Shown here one piece after another: positions 10,066 to 20,972 of a DNA stretch of 64,000 nt. The DNA lies in assembly GCA_965601925.1 (NCBI GenBank), contig OZ271854.1, positions 1,184,001-1,248,000 of the forward strand, written 5' to 3'. The translations under genes were made by a program, and so were the position numbers. The notes under the pieces are model-generated. The model saw only the letters and a program-made list of their open reading frames with translations, was not told the origin of the DNA and ran no database searches. Numbering within the stretch: position 1 is the first letter of the stretch; each line of letters opens with the position of its first letter. Source of the DNA: Alkalispirochaeta sp. (lineage in GTDB: Bacteria; Spirochaetota; Spirochaetia; DSM-27196; Alkalispirochaetaceae).

Positions 10066-11109
10066 TCAGGCGTCCGCACCGGAGCCGTCACAGTCGACGA
10101 GGATATGTATGGCGTCGCCCAACTCGTCGTTGCGTAGGGCAAAGGCCTCCGCGATCGACTCCAGGGGGAGGACGTGGTCGACGATCTCGAAGGTGTTGAC
10201 CAGTCCGTCTCGGACCAACTCCAAGCTCTCGGTGAAAAAATCGCGCATATCGATATCGCGCCGCGGCTCGGTCGAGACGATGGAGAGACGCTTTTTGTGC
10301 ACCTTGAAGAAGTCGACCGGACGATTGCAAATGCCGATGCAGCCGTACATGACAATGCTGCCCATAAACGAGGCGCACTCGATGGCGTCAACCATACCGT
10401 CGCCGTCCAACAGCGCCGGTATCACCACGTCGAATCCGTCGGGAAAGTCGGCACCGAGAACGTCCATTGTAGCGGTGTCCTTTGCCGGCACCCGATAGGC
10501 GTGGGTCGCGCCGTAATCCTTCGCGAGGGCGAGGTTACGCTCTTTAAGGTCGGTAACCACGAGGTGCTTGGGATTGAAGAGCGCCACTGCTTGAGTGAGC
10601 ATGAGCCCGCTCACCCCCTGGCCCATGATGAGGACCGACGTTCTCTCGTCGATCGCGCTCAACCGTGCCGCGTGCAGCACCCCGGGCAGCACCTCCATGA
10701 GACTTACCTGCTTCATGGAGAAGTCGTCGGGAACGACCTTGACGTTGAACGGTTCGCACACGATGTACTCCGCAAAGGCGCCCCAGACATACCGACACGC
10801 CACTTTGTCTCCGACCTTGAGCCCGCCGACCTTGGCACCGACTTGGTCGATGACGCCGGCGACCTCGTGGCCCAATCGCGCGGGAAAAGACATGAACTCC
10901 GGCTTCCGGTGCCCCCGAAACGCTTCGAGGTCGGAGCCGCAGATTCCCACATAGGTGATCTTTACCCGTATCTCCCGTTCCCCGGCGGTAGGGATCTCGG
11001 CCCGGCGGAGCGATATCACTCCAGGCTTCTCCAACACCGCAACGCGTTGAGTGTCTGTCCCGTCGCGGGTCGTGAGCTTCAAGTCGGCCTGTACCATCTT
11101 TCGTGCCAC
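10066..11109 (-). CDS. Zinc-binding (MDR family) sugar/sugar-acid dehydrogenase
   Basis: GICGSD, LGHEVAG, GQGVSG Rossmann motif; the four-Cys structural Zn loop is absent. Confidence 0.88.
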   Translation of the reverse strand: MARKMVQADLKLTTRDGTDTQRVAVLEKPGVISLRRAEIPTAGEREIRVKITYVGICGSDLEAFRGHRKPEFMSFPARLGHEVAGVIDQVGAKVGGLKVGDKVACRYVWGAFAEYIVCEPFNVKVVPDDFSMKQVSLMEVLPGVLHAARLSAIDERTSVLIMGQGVSGLMLTQAVALFNPKHLVVTDLKERNLALAKDYGATHAYRVPAKDTATMDVLGADFPDGFDVVIPALLDGDGMVDAIECASFMGSIVMYGCIGICNRPVDFFKVHKKRLSIVSTEPRRDIDMRDFFTESLELVRDGLVNTFEIVDHVLPLESIAEAFALRNDELGDAIHILVDCDGSGADA

Positions 11110-11166
11110 GTTACGTCCTTCTTCCCCAGCGGATATCCCATTCTCACCCCGAATTCGGACGCCGTA

Positions 11167-11203
11167 TTTAGCTGAAACGGTGCGACTTTTGTCTGAAATG
11201 GAA
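11167..11203 (-). promoter_or_regulatory. Putative AraC-type operator, copy A (upstream of the dehydrogenase-ABC-GH39 operon)
   Basis: tttagctgaaacggtgcgacttttgtctgaaatggaa; internal direct repeat with 21-bp period; 27/37 identical to 12721-12757. Confidence 0.65.
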
Positions 11204-11307
11204 CAGCGAGTTCCCGAGGCTTCTCCGCGACGCTACTCAGTTCTCGGCCGCGCTCTATAGGAACTCGTCGTGGATCCGCCGACGACTGAGAAAAAGGGAG
11301 GCACGCG

Positions 11308-11472
11308 ATGAAGTTCGTCTGCTTTGAGTACAAGCATTTCGAGCTCTACATAGAGCTGGCCCAGGAGGAGCGGACGACGCTGGAGGAGACGTCGGTCGCC
11401 TACTCTGCCGGCCCGACCGATCCGTACAGGTCGGCGTACGTCTCGCGAATCGTCGCGGCCAGGGGTTCGTGA
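11308..11472 (+). pseudogene. Small ORF (54 aa), possible N-terminal remnant of a YciI/DGPF-like protein
   Basis: Strong AGGGAGG RBS, then MKFVCFEYKHFELYIELAQEERTTLEETSVAY; its 3' part runs into the convergent gene ending at 11400. Confidence 0.4.
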
Positions 11473-12668
11473 AAGGTACCGTAGATATCCTTGAGGCCGG
11501 TGTGTTGCCGCCGCCCGGGCCGACGTTCGTCGGGACTGTCCAGATACCCGCACCAGAACCAACCGAGCACGTGCGGGGCCGACAGCGCCTGACGAGCGTA
11601 GCGCGCGAACTCGGTGGCCCGCTCCTCCTGGGACGCGACGCGGACCCCGCACGGGACGGGGAGTTCGTCGGTCGCCACGGCAAAGCACGAGTCGGCGAGG
11701 ATAATCGGTTTGCCGCTTACCTCGTAGATCCGTTCCAACACCTCGGCCTGATCCTTAAAATAGCCGTAGCACTGCACTGCTATCGCATCGACATGTTTGG
11801 ACGCTGCGTCCAGGACGACCCACGGTATCTCGCGATTGCCGTCGAAGATCGCCCCGAACACCAGGTGTCCGGGATCGTACGTTCGGATCGCGCCGCAGGT
11901 AGCGGCGAAGAATCGATCGGCCATCAACGCCAAAAATGCGTCATGGTCGCGCCGAGCACTCTCGAAATCGGCCGGCACGTTGTAAGAAAACTCGGTATCG
12001 GTGCGAATACTGTCAAATGACGAGAACGCCGTTCGATATACGCCGTTGAAGGCCGAAATGTCACCACCGTACAGCCTCTGCATGAGGGACACATACGCCC
12101 GTTTGCCGTGAGCATCCGAACCCATTCGCACCAATCGATCGATCCAGCTACCACCGCGCCGCTTGCTGGGTTTGCCGTAGACGGGCCAGTCGACGCAATC
12201 ACATACGTAGTTGCCCAAAAGCATCGGATCGTCCGCCGATGAGCTGTACTCGCGCGCCGCGACCTCATCGCAGAGCGCCTCGTACTTCGGTGAGAAGACG
12301 TCGGGAAACACCGGGTCCAACGCCCACGTCATGGGAGCGGGAAAGGACCTGCTTTTGTTGACATAGGGCAGGCGAAAGACGACATCGGCGGCGTCGCCGC
12401 GATAGCCGTATGAGGTCATATTGAGATGGCGGATGTCGCGCTCGACATAGTCGTAAAACGCTTGGTCCGTCCGTATCACGTCGTCCCAGTGGTCTTTGTT
12501 ATACGGCAGACGGGTTTTGCCTCGATCGATATGGTTGAAACCGACGGCGATAAACGAGCCGCCGTCGGGAGTGACAAAGTGATACCGTCCGTCGATACGC
12601 TGTATCGAGAAGACGCCGCGCGCCTCACCGCGCCGGTCCGGAGAGCCCCCGAATCTATCTCGTTCCAT
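11400..12668 (-). CDS. Agarase-like (GH50/GH86-like, clan GH-A fold) protein
   Basis: IDGRYHFVTPDG, FPDVFSP, DDPMLLG, IRTYDPGHLVFG, SGKPII, VLGWFWCGYLD; AAGGAG RBS; no signal peptide. Confidence 0.65.
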   Translation of the reverse strand: MERDRFGGSPDRRGEARGVFSIQRIDGRYHFVTPDGGSFIAVGFNHIDRGKTRLPYNKDHWDDVIRTDQAFYDYVERDIRHLNMTSYGYRGDAADVVFRLPYVNKSRSFPAPMTWALDPVFPDVFSPKYEALCDEVAAREYSSSADDPMLLGNYVCDCVDWPVYGKPSKRRGGSWIDRLVRMGSDAHGKRAYVSLMQRLYGGDISAFNGVYRTAFSSFDSIRTDTEFSYNVPADFESARRDHDAFLALMADRFFAATCGAIRTYDPGHLVFGAIFDGNREIPWVVLDAASKHVDAIAVQCYGYFKDQAEVLERIYEVSGKPIILADSCFAVATDELPVPCGVRVASQEERATEFARYARQALSAPHVLGWFWCGYLDSPDERRPGRRQHTGLKDIYGTFHEPLAATIRETYADLYGSVGPAE

Positions 12669-12720
12669 CGTCGACTCCTTTCTCCCATGGTACGGATTAC
12701 ACCATGTAAGGACGCGCGTC

Positions 12721-12757
12721 TTTAGCGGAAACGGCATCTTTTTTGTCCCAAACGGAA
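12721..12757 (-). promoter_or_regulatory. Putative AraC-type operator, copy B (upstream of the agarase-like gene)
   Basis: tttagcggaaacggcatcttttttgtcccaaacggaa; aaacgg repeated at 21-bp spacing; matches copy A. Confidence 0.65.
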
Positions 12758-12830
12758 TCCTTCTCATATTCGCCCGCAGATATGCGTACCTTTGTGCCGA
12801 GGATATTCCCGTCCGGAAGGAGTATGACGG

Positions 12831-13349
12831 ATGACGAACGGTACAATCGAACAACCGATCGGCTCGGCTGCCGAAGAGTTGCCCTTGGCGCAGGAGTATC
12901 ATACGGAATTTCGGAGGCGGGTAATGGAAGCATCCTCTTCCGCCATAGTCAGTGAAGACCGGTGGACGCCGCTCCAACACGGTCATCACATAGCGATAAG
13001 CCATATCGCCGTAGCACGGACCATTGTGCGCTTGGCTCACAGGGGGACGCGTCGCGGCAGGGCCCCGGACGCCGAACGCGTGTCGTTACTGGAGCGCTTC
13101 TTCTTTCCGTACACGCCCTTTACGCCCGCGGGCATGGAGCCCGCGGACGATCCCGCGCGAGACGAGGTTGAAACACTGCTGGAGGAGACGGCGCAACGCC
13201 TTGACGATCTCGCTCAGCTACTTCCGGAGATCGATGGCGCCACGGCGACGCTGCCTCACCCCTACTACGGCGCCCTTACTCCGGTGTTGTGGCTCCGCTT
13301 CGTCGCGGTCCATACGGTCCACCATTTGGAGCTCCTCAGCCGCGGGTAG
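12831..13349 (+). CDS. DinB/DUF1569-like protein
   Basis: WTPLQHGHHI near the N-terminus; HPYYGALT..WLRFVAVHTVHH at the C-terminus. Confidence 0.75.
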   Translation: MTNGTIEQPIGSAAEELPLAQEYHTEFRRRVMEASSSAIVSEDRWTPLQHGHHIAISHIAVARTIVRLAHRGTRRGRAPDAERVSLLERFFFPYTPFTPAGMEPADDPARDEVETLLEETAQRLDDLAQLLPEIDGATATLPHPYYGALTPVLWLRFVAVHTVHHLELLSRG

Positions 13350-13375
13350 CGACCCCGTATCGTCGCGCAGCCACT

Positions 13376-13894
13376 TCACAATGGTCGGGGAGAGTCGGAC
13401 AACAGCAACTCCCAGTACCCCACGTCGATCCATCGATCGTGTTTGAAGCCGACCTCACGGAAGTGGGCGACCTTTTGGAAACCGAGCCGCTCGTGAAGGG
13501 CGACGCTTGCCGCATTCGGGAGGGCGATGCCGGCGATGAGAGCGTGAGAACCGGCGTCACGAGCCGCGTCGACAAGGGTGGTGTAGAGGCGCCTGCCGAT
13601 GCCGCGACCGGTCAATGAGGAGTCGAGATAGATGGTACTCTCGACACTCGACACGTAGGCGCAGCGGGAGTTCCACCGATTGAGATAGGCGTAACCGGCA
13701 ACTCCCCCGTCGCCCTCGCACACGAGAAACGGATAGCCGCGTCCCGTGATATCGAGGATACGCGCCCCCATATCGGAGGCCGATATCGGCGACGTCTCGA
13801 AGGTGATGACGGTGTGCTCTATGTAATAGTTGTATATCGCCGCGACGGCGACCTCGTCGCCGGACCGTATCGCGCGCGTTCGATAGTCATCCAC
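13376..13894 (-). CDS. GNAT N-acetyltransferase (YncA/phosphinothricin acetyltransferase-like)
   Basis: IYNYYIEHTVITFE, GRGIGRRL, PNAASVALHERLGF, VGFKHDRWIDV; GTG start after GAGGAGG. Confidence 0.9.
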   Translation of the reverse strand: MDDYRTRAIRSGDEVAVAAIYNYYIEHTVITFETSPISASDMGARILDITGRGYPFLVCEGDGGVAGYAYLNRWNSRCAYVSSVESTIYLDSSLTGRGIGRRLYTTLVDAARDAGSHALIAGIALPNAASVALHERLGFQKVAHFREVGFKHDRWIDVGYWELLLSDSPRPL

Positions 13895-13926
13895 GCCGTC
13901 CTCCTCTTCGATACAGCGTCTCGCTC

Positions 13927-15389
<1,463 letters not shown>

Positions 15390-15439
15390 GGTTGTATAGT
15401 GCCGCCGCCGCGAGTCGCTCGGCTTGTAAAAATCGGAAC

Positions 15440-16261
15440 TTATCGTTCGTAGAAGAGGCGGCCGAACGCGTTGTGCTCCCGTGCAAAGCGCGTCGGCGAG
15501 AATCCGGTAAAGCGCGTGAAATCTCGCGCGAAGTGCGATTGATCGTAGTACAAACGGTGAAGCTCACGGCGGACAAACTCATCGTGCCGGCCGTGCATGA
15601 GCATGGTATAGCAATGTTCAAAGCGCACGATAGATGCGAATCGTTTTGGACTCATACCGAGTTTGTCTCGAAATGTGACATTGAGCCAGCGCGCACTGTA
15701 TCCCGTCTCGCTTTCGAGTTCGCGCGCGGTAACGGCGCCGTTGGTCGTCCCGATCCTACCGATACAGTAGTCGAAAGCGGGATGGACGACGGCGTTGGAA
15801 AGACGGCGCACCAAGAAGCGTTGAAGGAGCGTGACCTTCTGCGCAACGCCTGCGGCGGCGGCAATGCGCTCTTCGATATCGCGCGCATGCGGCCCGATGA
15901 CGTCGCGCAACAGATGAATCCGATTGAGCATACTCCATTGGGCAAAGGGGAAGAAACGATACGCACTCATAGGATTGAGTTCTATGCCGATCGAGCCGGA
16001 GGGGCGGTCGTCCTCCACATCGATGATCGCCGCCTCATCGCACGCACCCACGAGCGTAATCCGGTGCTCCTTTGAGAGGTGGTGCCGGCCGCTCAACGCA
16101 CCGGAGAGACCGTTACGAAACGGTACGATAAGCTTTGCCGACCCGTTAGGAACAAAGAGACGCATATCGAAATCCGGCAACGAACCGGCGCTCTCGAATA
16201 CCCACACTCTCGTAACGTAGTTCGCCAACTCCGGAATAGGCGCAAGGAAGCGTAACCGCAT
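15440..16261 (-). CDS. AraC family regulator (DUF6597-type N-terminus + HTH)
   Basis: VPNG; GMSPKRFASIVRF; YYDQSHFARDFTRFTGFSP. Confidence 0.9.
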   Translation of the reverse strand: MRLRFLAPIPELANYVTRVWVFESAGSLPDFDMRLFVPNGSAKLIVPFRNGLSGALSGRHHLSKEHRITLVGACDEAAIIDVEDDRPSGSIGIELNPMSAYRFFPFAQWSMLNRIHLLRDVIGPHARDIEERIAAAAGVAQKVTLLQRFLVRRLSNAVVHPAFDYCIGRIGTTNGAVTARELESETGYSARWLNVTFRDKLGMSPKRFASIVRFEHCYTMLMHGRHDEFVRRELHRLYYDQSHFARDFTRFTGFSPTRFAREHNAFGRLFYER

Positions 16262-16307
16262 GCACCTTCAAGATACTACCGATCGCAACGGTACGTTCCG
16301 ACGCACC

Positions 16308-16368
16308 TTGACGAGCGGTATTCAACATATTATGTTACCAAAAAGTCACGTGATACGGAGGTAACATA
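16308..16368 (+). promoter_or_regulatory. Sigma70-type promoter with an inverted repeat (probable ArsR operator)
   Basis: TTGACG(16308)-N17-TATGTT(16331); TATGTTACC (16331-16339) and GGTAACATA (16360-16368) form a perfect 9-bp inverted repeat. Confidence 0.6.
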
Positions 16369-16781
16369 TGCTATTCGCCGTCAATTGGGCCTACCTGCTG
16401 GTCGCGGTCGTCGCCAGTACGGTGGTCGGCATGGTATGGTACTCACCGCTGCTATTCGCCAAGCCGTGGATGGCGGCGATGGGGCTCAGGAAAGGCGACA
16501 TCGGCGATTCCGGCGTCTCGCCCACACCGGGCTACATCGCGTCGGCGGTCTTTGCCGCGGGGCAGGCGTATCTGATCTGGGTGCTGCTCAACAACGTACC
16601 GATAGACGGCGCACTCGAAGCTCTGGGAGTCGGTGCGGGGATATGGATCGTCACCAGCGGCCTCGCCAACCTGAGGATTAAATACTTCGAGGACCGGCCG
16701 TGGAGCCTCTACCTCATCGACGAGGGCAATACGCTCGTCGTGTATCTTACCATGGCGCTCTTGGCCGCGTTATGGGCGTAG
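16368..16781 (+). CDS. DUF1761 family membrane protein
   Basis: VNWAYLLVAVVA..VGMVWYSPLLFAKPW; FEDRPWSLYLIDEG. Confidence 0.85.
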   Translation: MLFAVNWAYLLVAVVASTVVGMVWYSPLLFAKPWMAAMGLRKGDIGDSGVSPTPGYIASAVFAAGQAYLIWVLLNNVPIDGALEALGVGAGIWIVTSGLANLRIKYFEDRPWSLYLIDEGNTLVVYLTMALLAALWA

Positions 16782-17056
16782 CGGAGCGTGACGACCTGCA
16801 GTTCAAGGCGTTGGCCGACCACAATCGGCGCGCAATAGTCGAGATCGTGTATCGACGTCCGGGAATTACGCTTCAGGAACTGTGTGCCGAGTTCCCGATA
16901 TCGCGCTTCGCGGTCATGAAGCATATTAACATTTTGGAAGATGCAGGGTTCATCGAGAGCGAGAAGCGCTCGATCTATCGCGTCTTCTCGTTCGTACCCG
17001 GCTCTACGACATCGTTCGCACGGTCGTGGTTTTCACAATTCACCGAGGGGGAGTAA
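16772..17056 (+). CDS. ArsR/SmtB family transcriptional regulator
   Basis: FKALADHNRRAI...ISRFAVMKHINILEDAGFI. Confidence 0.88.
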   Translation: MGVAERDDLQFKALADHNRRAIVEIVYRRPGITLQELCAEFPISRFAVMKHINILEDAGFIESEKRSIYRVFSFVPGSTTSFARSWFSQFTEGE

Positions 17057-17622
17057 TGGCGCTGTCGGCAAAGGAGATGGGAGAGGCAATCGTACGGAAC
17101 CTACCGGAGAAGACGGGAAAGAATCTCGACGAATGGATCGCCTCGATTCCGAGCGATATGGGAACGGACAAAAAACGCGTGATCGGTTGGCTCAAGGAGA
17201 GCGCGGGACTCGGCCATTATCAGGCGGTCACCATTTGGGAGCGGTTCGTCAATCGCGACGAGTACGCAGACGAACAGGCGATAGAGCGGCGTTTATTCGG
17301 TAGCGAAGATACCGTTCTGCATAACAGCTACAGGAAGTTGAGGGAGCATATCCTCGCTCTCGGAGGGGACGTCACGAGCATCGCGTGCAGAACCTACATT
17401 CCCTTCAAGCGACGACGCCAATTTGCCGTACTGGCACCTCACAAATCGAACCTCCGCGTCGGTCTCGCGCTGGCGGGTGCGGATCCGCCGATGGGGCTTC
17501 TCCCGGCAAAGGGGTTGGGCGGAAGCGAACGTATCACGCACCATGTCGATGTTCCCGTCGACGACGCGCTCCCGGAACACCTTCTCGCCGCGCTGCGGCT
17601 TGCCTATAGTCGAAACGGATGA
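17056..17622 (+). CDS. DUF4287/DUF5655-type protein
   Basis: NLPEKTGKNLDEW, WLKESAGLGHYQA, TYIPFKRRRQFA, RITHHV. Confidence 0.8.
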   Translation: MALSAKEMGEAIVRNLPEKTGKNLDEWIASIPSDMGTDKKRVIGWLKESAGLGHYQAVTIWERFVNRDEYADEQAIERRLFGSEDTVLHNSYRKLREHILALGGDVTSIACRTYIPFKRRRQFAVLAPHKSNLRVGLALAGADPPMGLLPAKGLGGSERITHHVDVPVDDALPEHLLAALRLAYSRNG

Positions 17623-17691
17623 CACGTATGCACCGGGTCGGATACGAATCGATAACGGGAGAAGCGGAGATACGAGACCTCTGAGCGCGCG

Positions 17692-18372
17692 CTACGTATC
17701 GACGTCCATCGAATCTTCATCGACGACGCCGTATAACGCGTAGGGTCGATGCAGTGTCGCGGCCCAATACTTATCTCCATAGGACCAGTGCCACCACTCC
17801 GACGGGTAGTTCACGAACGCGGCGGAGGTCATCGCGGAGTACAAAATCCGTCGCAGCTCGATAGCCTCATCGCTAATGTTGGTCGCGTCGGAGAACGTCG
17901 CATTGTCCGTCTCGATGGGAATCGCGTTGTACTCGGTTCCCAGGTCAAGCTCCTCTCCGCTCTTTACGTCGCGTAAGGTCAGATCTACCGCGGCGCCGGT
18001 CGGATGCGGCGCAACATCGATGGGGGCGCACAGTTTGTCCGTCTCCTCGACGATCTGTGCTTCGGAGAGTTCCGGATAGGTCGTTCGTATGTGATGCGTT
18101 ACGCTCTCATAGGATATCATCTGCCGTCTTCTCGGACGGTATCCCTCTTTGATCAGGAATCCAAGGTGGGGCGGTAGTTGATCGGCGGCGACTCGAAGTT
18201 TCGACGCTACCGTTGAGCGCACCTTGGAAAAGTGCGTACTACGGTTCGATATCTGCCTTCGCGTGCGATCAATCACAAACCCCAACTCGGAGAGATCTAC
18301 CATGGGGTCGCGGCACTCTCTCACCGCTACACGACGTACCATCGAGTCCCCGATGCTCAAGAAATCCTTCAT
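17692..18372 (-). CDS. D-alanyl-D-alanine dipeptidase (M15, VanX/DdpX-like)
   Basis: EGYRP, PHPTGAAVDLTL, LDLGT, YPSEWWHWSYGD. Confidence 0.88.
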   Translation of the reverse strand: MKDFLSIGDSMVRRVAVRECRDPMVDLSELGFVIDRTRRQISNRSTHFSKVRSTVASKLRVAADQLPPHLGFLIKEGYRPRRRQMISYESVTHHIRTTYPELSEAQIVEETDKLCAPIDVAPHPTGAAVDLTLRDVKSGEELDLGTEYNAIPIETDNATFSDATNISDEAIELRRILYSAMTSAAFVNYPSEWWHWSYGDKYWAATLHRPYALYGVVDEDSMDVDT

Positions 18373-19334
18373 TGTTCGATCCTCTCGGGACGCTGATACT
18401 CGGTCACAGCCTCTCCCACGGTTCCGTAAGACTGAAGCACGCGAAGGGCCGCAAGGGTATTCCAACGGCTCGCGGCGCGCGACTCCTCCATGACAAAGTG
18501 CGTGACACCGGGATGCGCCGCCTGGAGCGGCCAGCGTCCGTCGCGGCGACGTTTGGCGACGAGGGCCTGCAACGCGTCGTCCATACGCTCGTCTCGCGGG
18601 GCGTCGGAGCGGCGAAAATAGTCCAGGGCGCGGAGGATGTTGTACTTCCAGCGCCACGGGAAGGCGAGGCGCAGCAACTCCGGATGGATGATCTCCCCGG
18701 TACGGTCCGACTTATAGAGGCGGTGGTCGAGCAGGAACTCCCGCGCCGCCGTGGCCGCACGCTCAAGCTCCTCCGTGCGGTATCCGTATCCGTGTATCGA
18801 GTACTCCAGGATCCCCTCGAGGACGGAGATCGTCGAGTGCACGGAGCTGTGCCGCGCCCCCGATCGGTTTTTGCGACAGTTGAATCCACCGTCGTCCATA
18901 CGCTGGTCCAGGATGAAGTCGACCACCGATCGGAGCCCCTTCTCCGGCTCCCGAAAGTAGCAGGCGTATCGTAGAAACATCCCGTTGATACAGACGTCGC
19001 TCTGCTTGATCGTTCCCGACGGATTGATACCGCCGTCCGGACCTTTACGGCGTTCCGTAATTGCGTGAATACTTTCCTGCACCGCGGGGTGCCGCGGATC
19101 GATCTCCAGGGCCCTGAGATCGAGCAGTGTGTAGTGCGAGCTGGTCCACTTGGGTTGATAAAAGTCGCGCCCCCACGACCCGTCACCATTCCTACGAGCG
19201 AGAAAGCGCGCACCCCACCCCTCGCATTCGATCCGCTCCCGAAGATCGGGCCTATCCTCGCCCAATAGATCGCGGTGCGTCTGATATTGTATGGAGACGT
19301 CCCCTTCAAGAAGCCACTCGACAACGTCATGCAC
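18369..19334 (-). CDS. Conserved protein with prenyltransferase/squalene-cyclase-like repeats
   Basis: RNGDGSWG, YQPKWTSSHYTL, QRMDDGGFNC, RDGRWP; GTG start after GAGGAGG. Confidence 0.75.
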   Translation of the reverse strand: MHDVVEWLLEGDVSIQYQTHRDLLGEDRPDLRERIECEGWGARFLARRNGDGSWGRDFYQPKWTSSHYTLLDLRALEIDPRHPAVQESIHAITERRKGPDGGINPSGTIKQSDVCINGMFLRYACYFREPEKGLRSVVDFILDQRMDDGGFNCRKNRSGARHSSVHSTISVLEGILEYSIHGYGYRTEELERAATAAREFLLDHRLYKSDRTGEIIHPELLRLAFPWRWKYNILRALDYFRRSDAPRDERMDDALQALVAKRRRDGRWPLQAAHPGVTHFVMEESRAASRWNTLAALRVLQSYGTVGEAVTEYQRPERIEQ

Positions 19335-19357
19335 CGTGTCCTCCTCTTCATGGTACC

Positions 19358-20152
19358 TCAACTGCCCGTCGAGACATAGCGCGCCTCGGCCTGACGATAG
19401 ACCGACAGCGCGACAATACAAAAGATCACACCGCCGACAGGGGTGATCCACCCGACAGAGAGCGGTACCCCGTCGCCGCGTCGCAAGAAGGTTAACGCCG
19501 GATAGTAAACGACGCCGGCGAGGGGGATCAAAAAGGTAAACACACCGCGCAACGGCGAGGGATAAATCGACATCGGAAACTGCGCCATCTGCGGCCCGCC
19601 GTCGGTGAAGATATTGAACGCCTCGATATTCTGCAGCACCTTCATTCCCACCGCACCTTGAAGGATATACAAACCCGAAAAGAGGCACGCTCCGCCGAAG
19701 AGCGCCCACACGAGGAGAAACACACCGATCGGCAAGATCGGCTCGTCGATGATGATGAGGGCGATTGTGAGGACGATGAGCGCTTGCAAGAGCCGTCCCA
19801 ATCGGTGGAGGGCAAACTCGTGGCCGCACAGCTGTACGACCGTCGATACGGGCCGCAAGAGCAATCGATCGTACGCACCGACACGCGTAAGGTCGGCCAG
19901 AAAATCGAAGCCGCGCACGGCGAACTCGGCGAGGGCATGAGAGAGGTGTGCCAAGCCGTAGCAGACGAGTACCTCCTCCATCCGCCAACCGGCGAGAGAG
20001 CCGAAGTGGCGGAAGAGAATCCAGATCGCGATAAACTCCGACCAGAAAATGGTGAAGTACCCCGTGATATTGAAGAGAACCGAGAGTCGGTATTGGAGTT
20101 GCGACCGGATGGACGCTCCGATCAGCGCGCCGTATACGCGTAACCCGTGCAC
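19358..20152 (-). CDS. ABC-2 family (DUF990-like) exporter permease
   Basis: SQLQYR, LAGWRMEEV, GAYDRLLLRPV, FPMSIYP, RYVSTGS. Confidence 0.9.
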   Translation of the reverse strand: MHGLRVYGALIGASIRSQLQYRLSVLFNITGYFTIFWSEFIAIWILFRHFGSLAGWRMEEVLVCYGLAHLSHALAEFAVRGFDFLADLTRVGAYDRLLLRPVSTVVQLCGHEFALHRLGRLLQALIVLTIALIIIDEPILPIGVFLLVWALFGGACLFSGLYILQGAVGMKVLQNIEAFNIFTDGGPQMAQFPMSIYPSPLRGVFTFLIPLAGVVYYPALTFLRRGDGVPLSVGWITPVGGVIFCIVALSVYRQAEARYVSTGS

Positions 20153-20157
20153 TCCGT

Positions 20158-20972
20158 CTACCCTCCCGCCACTTCCAGCTTGCGCGTTCCCCGGCGAGAC
20201 AGGAGCACGCCGAACCCGATAAGGACGACTACCCACACGATCTGATGGAGCAATCCCAACACGGCCCCACGGTACGTCACCGCGCCGGTATACAGGAGCG
20301 CCGGAGTATCGTAGAGCCCGCGAAAGGGTAGGAACGCGGCGATGCGTCTCAGAAGGGGTGGAAAGAACGCCGGCGGTACCAATAGTCCCGAAAAGAGGCT
20401 CACGACCGCGTATGAGAGCGCCGCCGATCCGCGCGTCGAGACGGTCCAGAAACCGGTCATGTAGATTGCAGTTTGGATCGCGGCGCTCAGAAGAAGCGTG
20501 ATCAAGAAGCTCCCCAAAAGAACCGGGAGGAGCTTGACGTCGGGCGCTCCATGCCGTAACGAGAGAGTCCCAGCACGGGCAACAGGAGGACCAACACGAC
20601 TACTTGGATCACCGAGCGGGAGCAAAGAACAGTCACCCTCCGTCCCAGCACGCGGAAGTAAAAGAACCGGTAGAGTCCGACGGGGCGGATCAGGCGATAG
20701 GCAACGTCGCCGGAACGGATCTCCTCCGCGTCGCCGCCGATCATCCCCGTCAGGGGTAAGACGCCGAACAGTACTTGCCCGAACCAGATGTAGCTGTAGA
20801 GATCCGATAGCGCCATCGGCTGCGGCGCCTCGGACGCCGCGTAAAACGCCGTCAGCAGGAAGATTCGAAAAAAGCCGAAGGCGATATTAGTGATCGCCCC
20901 GGCCACGGCCGCTACGCGATACTGGAGATGCTGTTGAAAGACGACGCGAAAGAGCGCCCAATAGACGCTCAT
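20158..20972 (-). pseudogene. ABC-2 family permease split by a 1-nt frameshift near 20542
   Basis: N-half (QHLQYR...IRSGDVAYRLIRPV) and C-half (FSGLLVPPAFFP...LPFRG...VAGG) are in different frames; adding one C restores MERPDVKLLPV. Confidence 0.8.
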
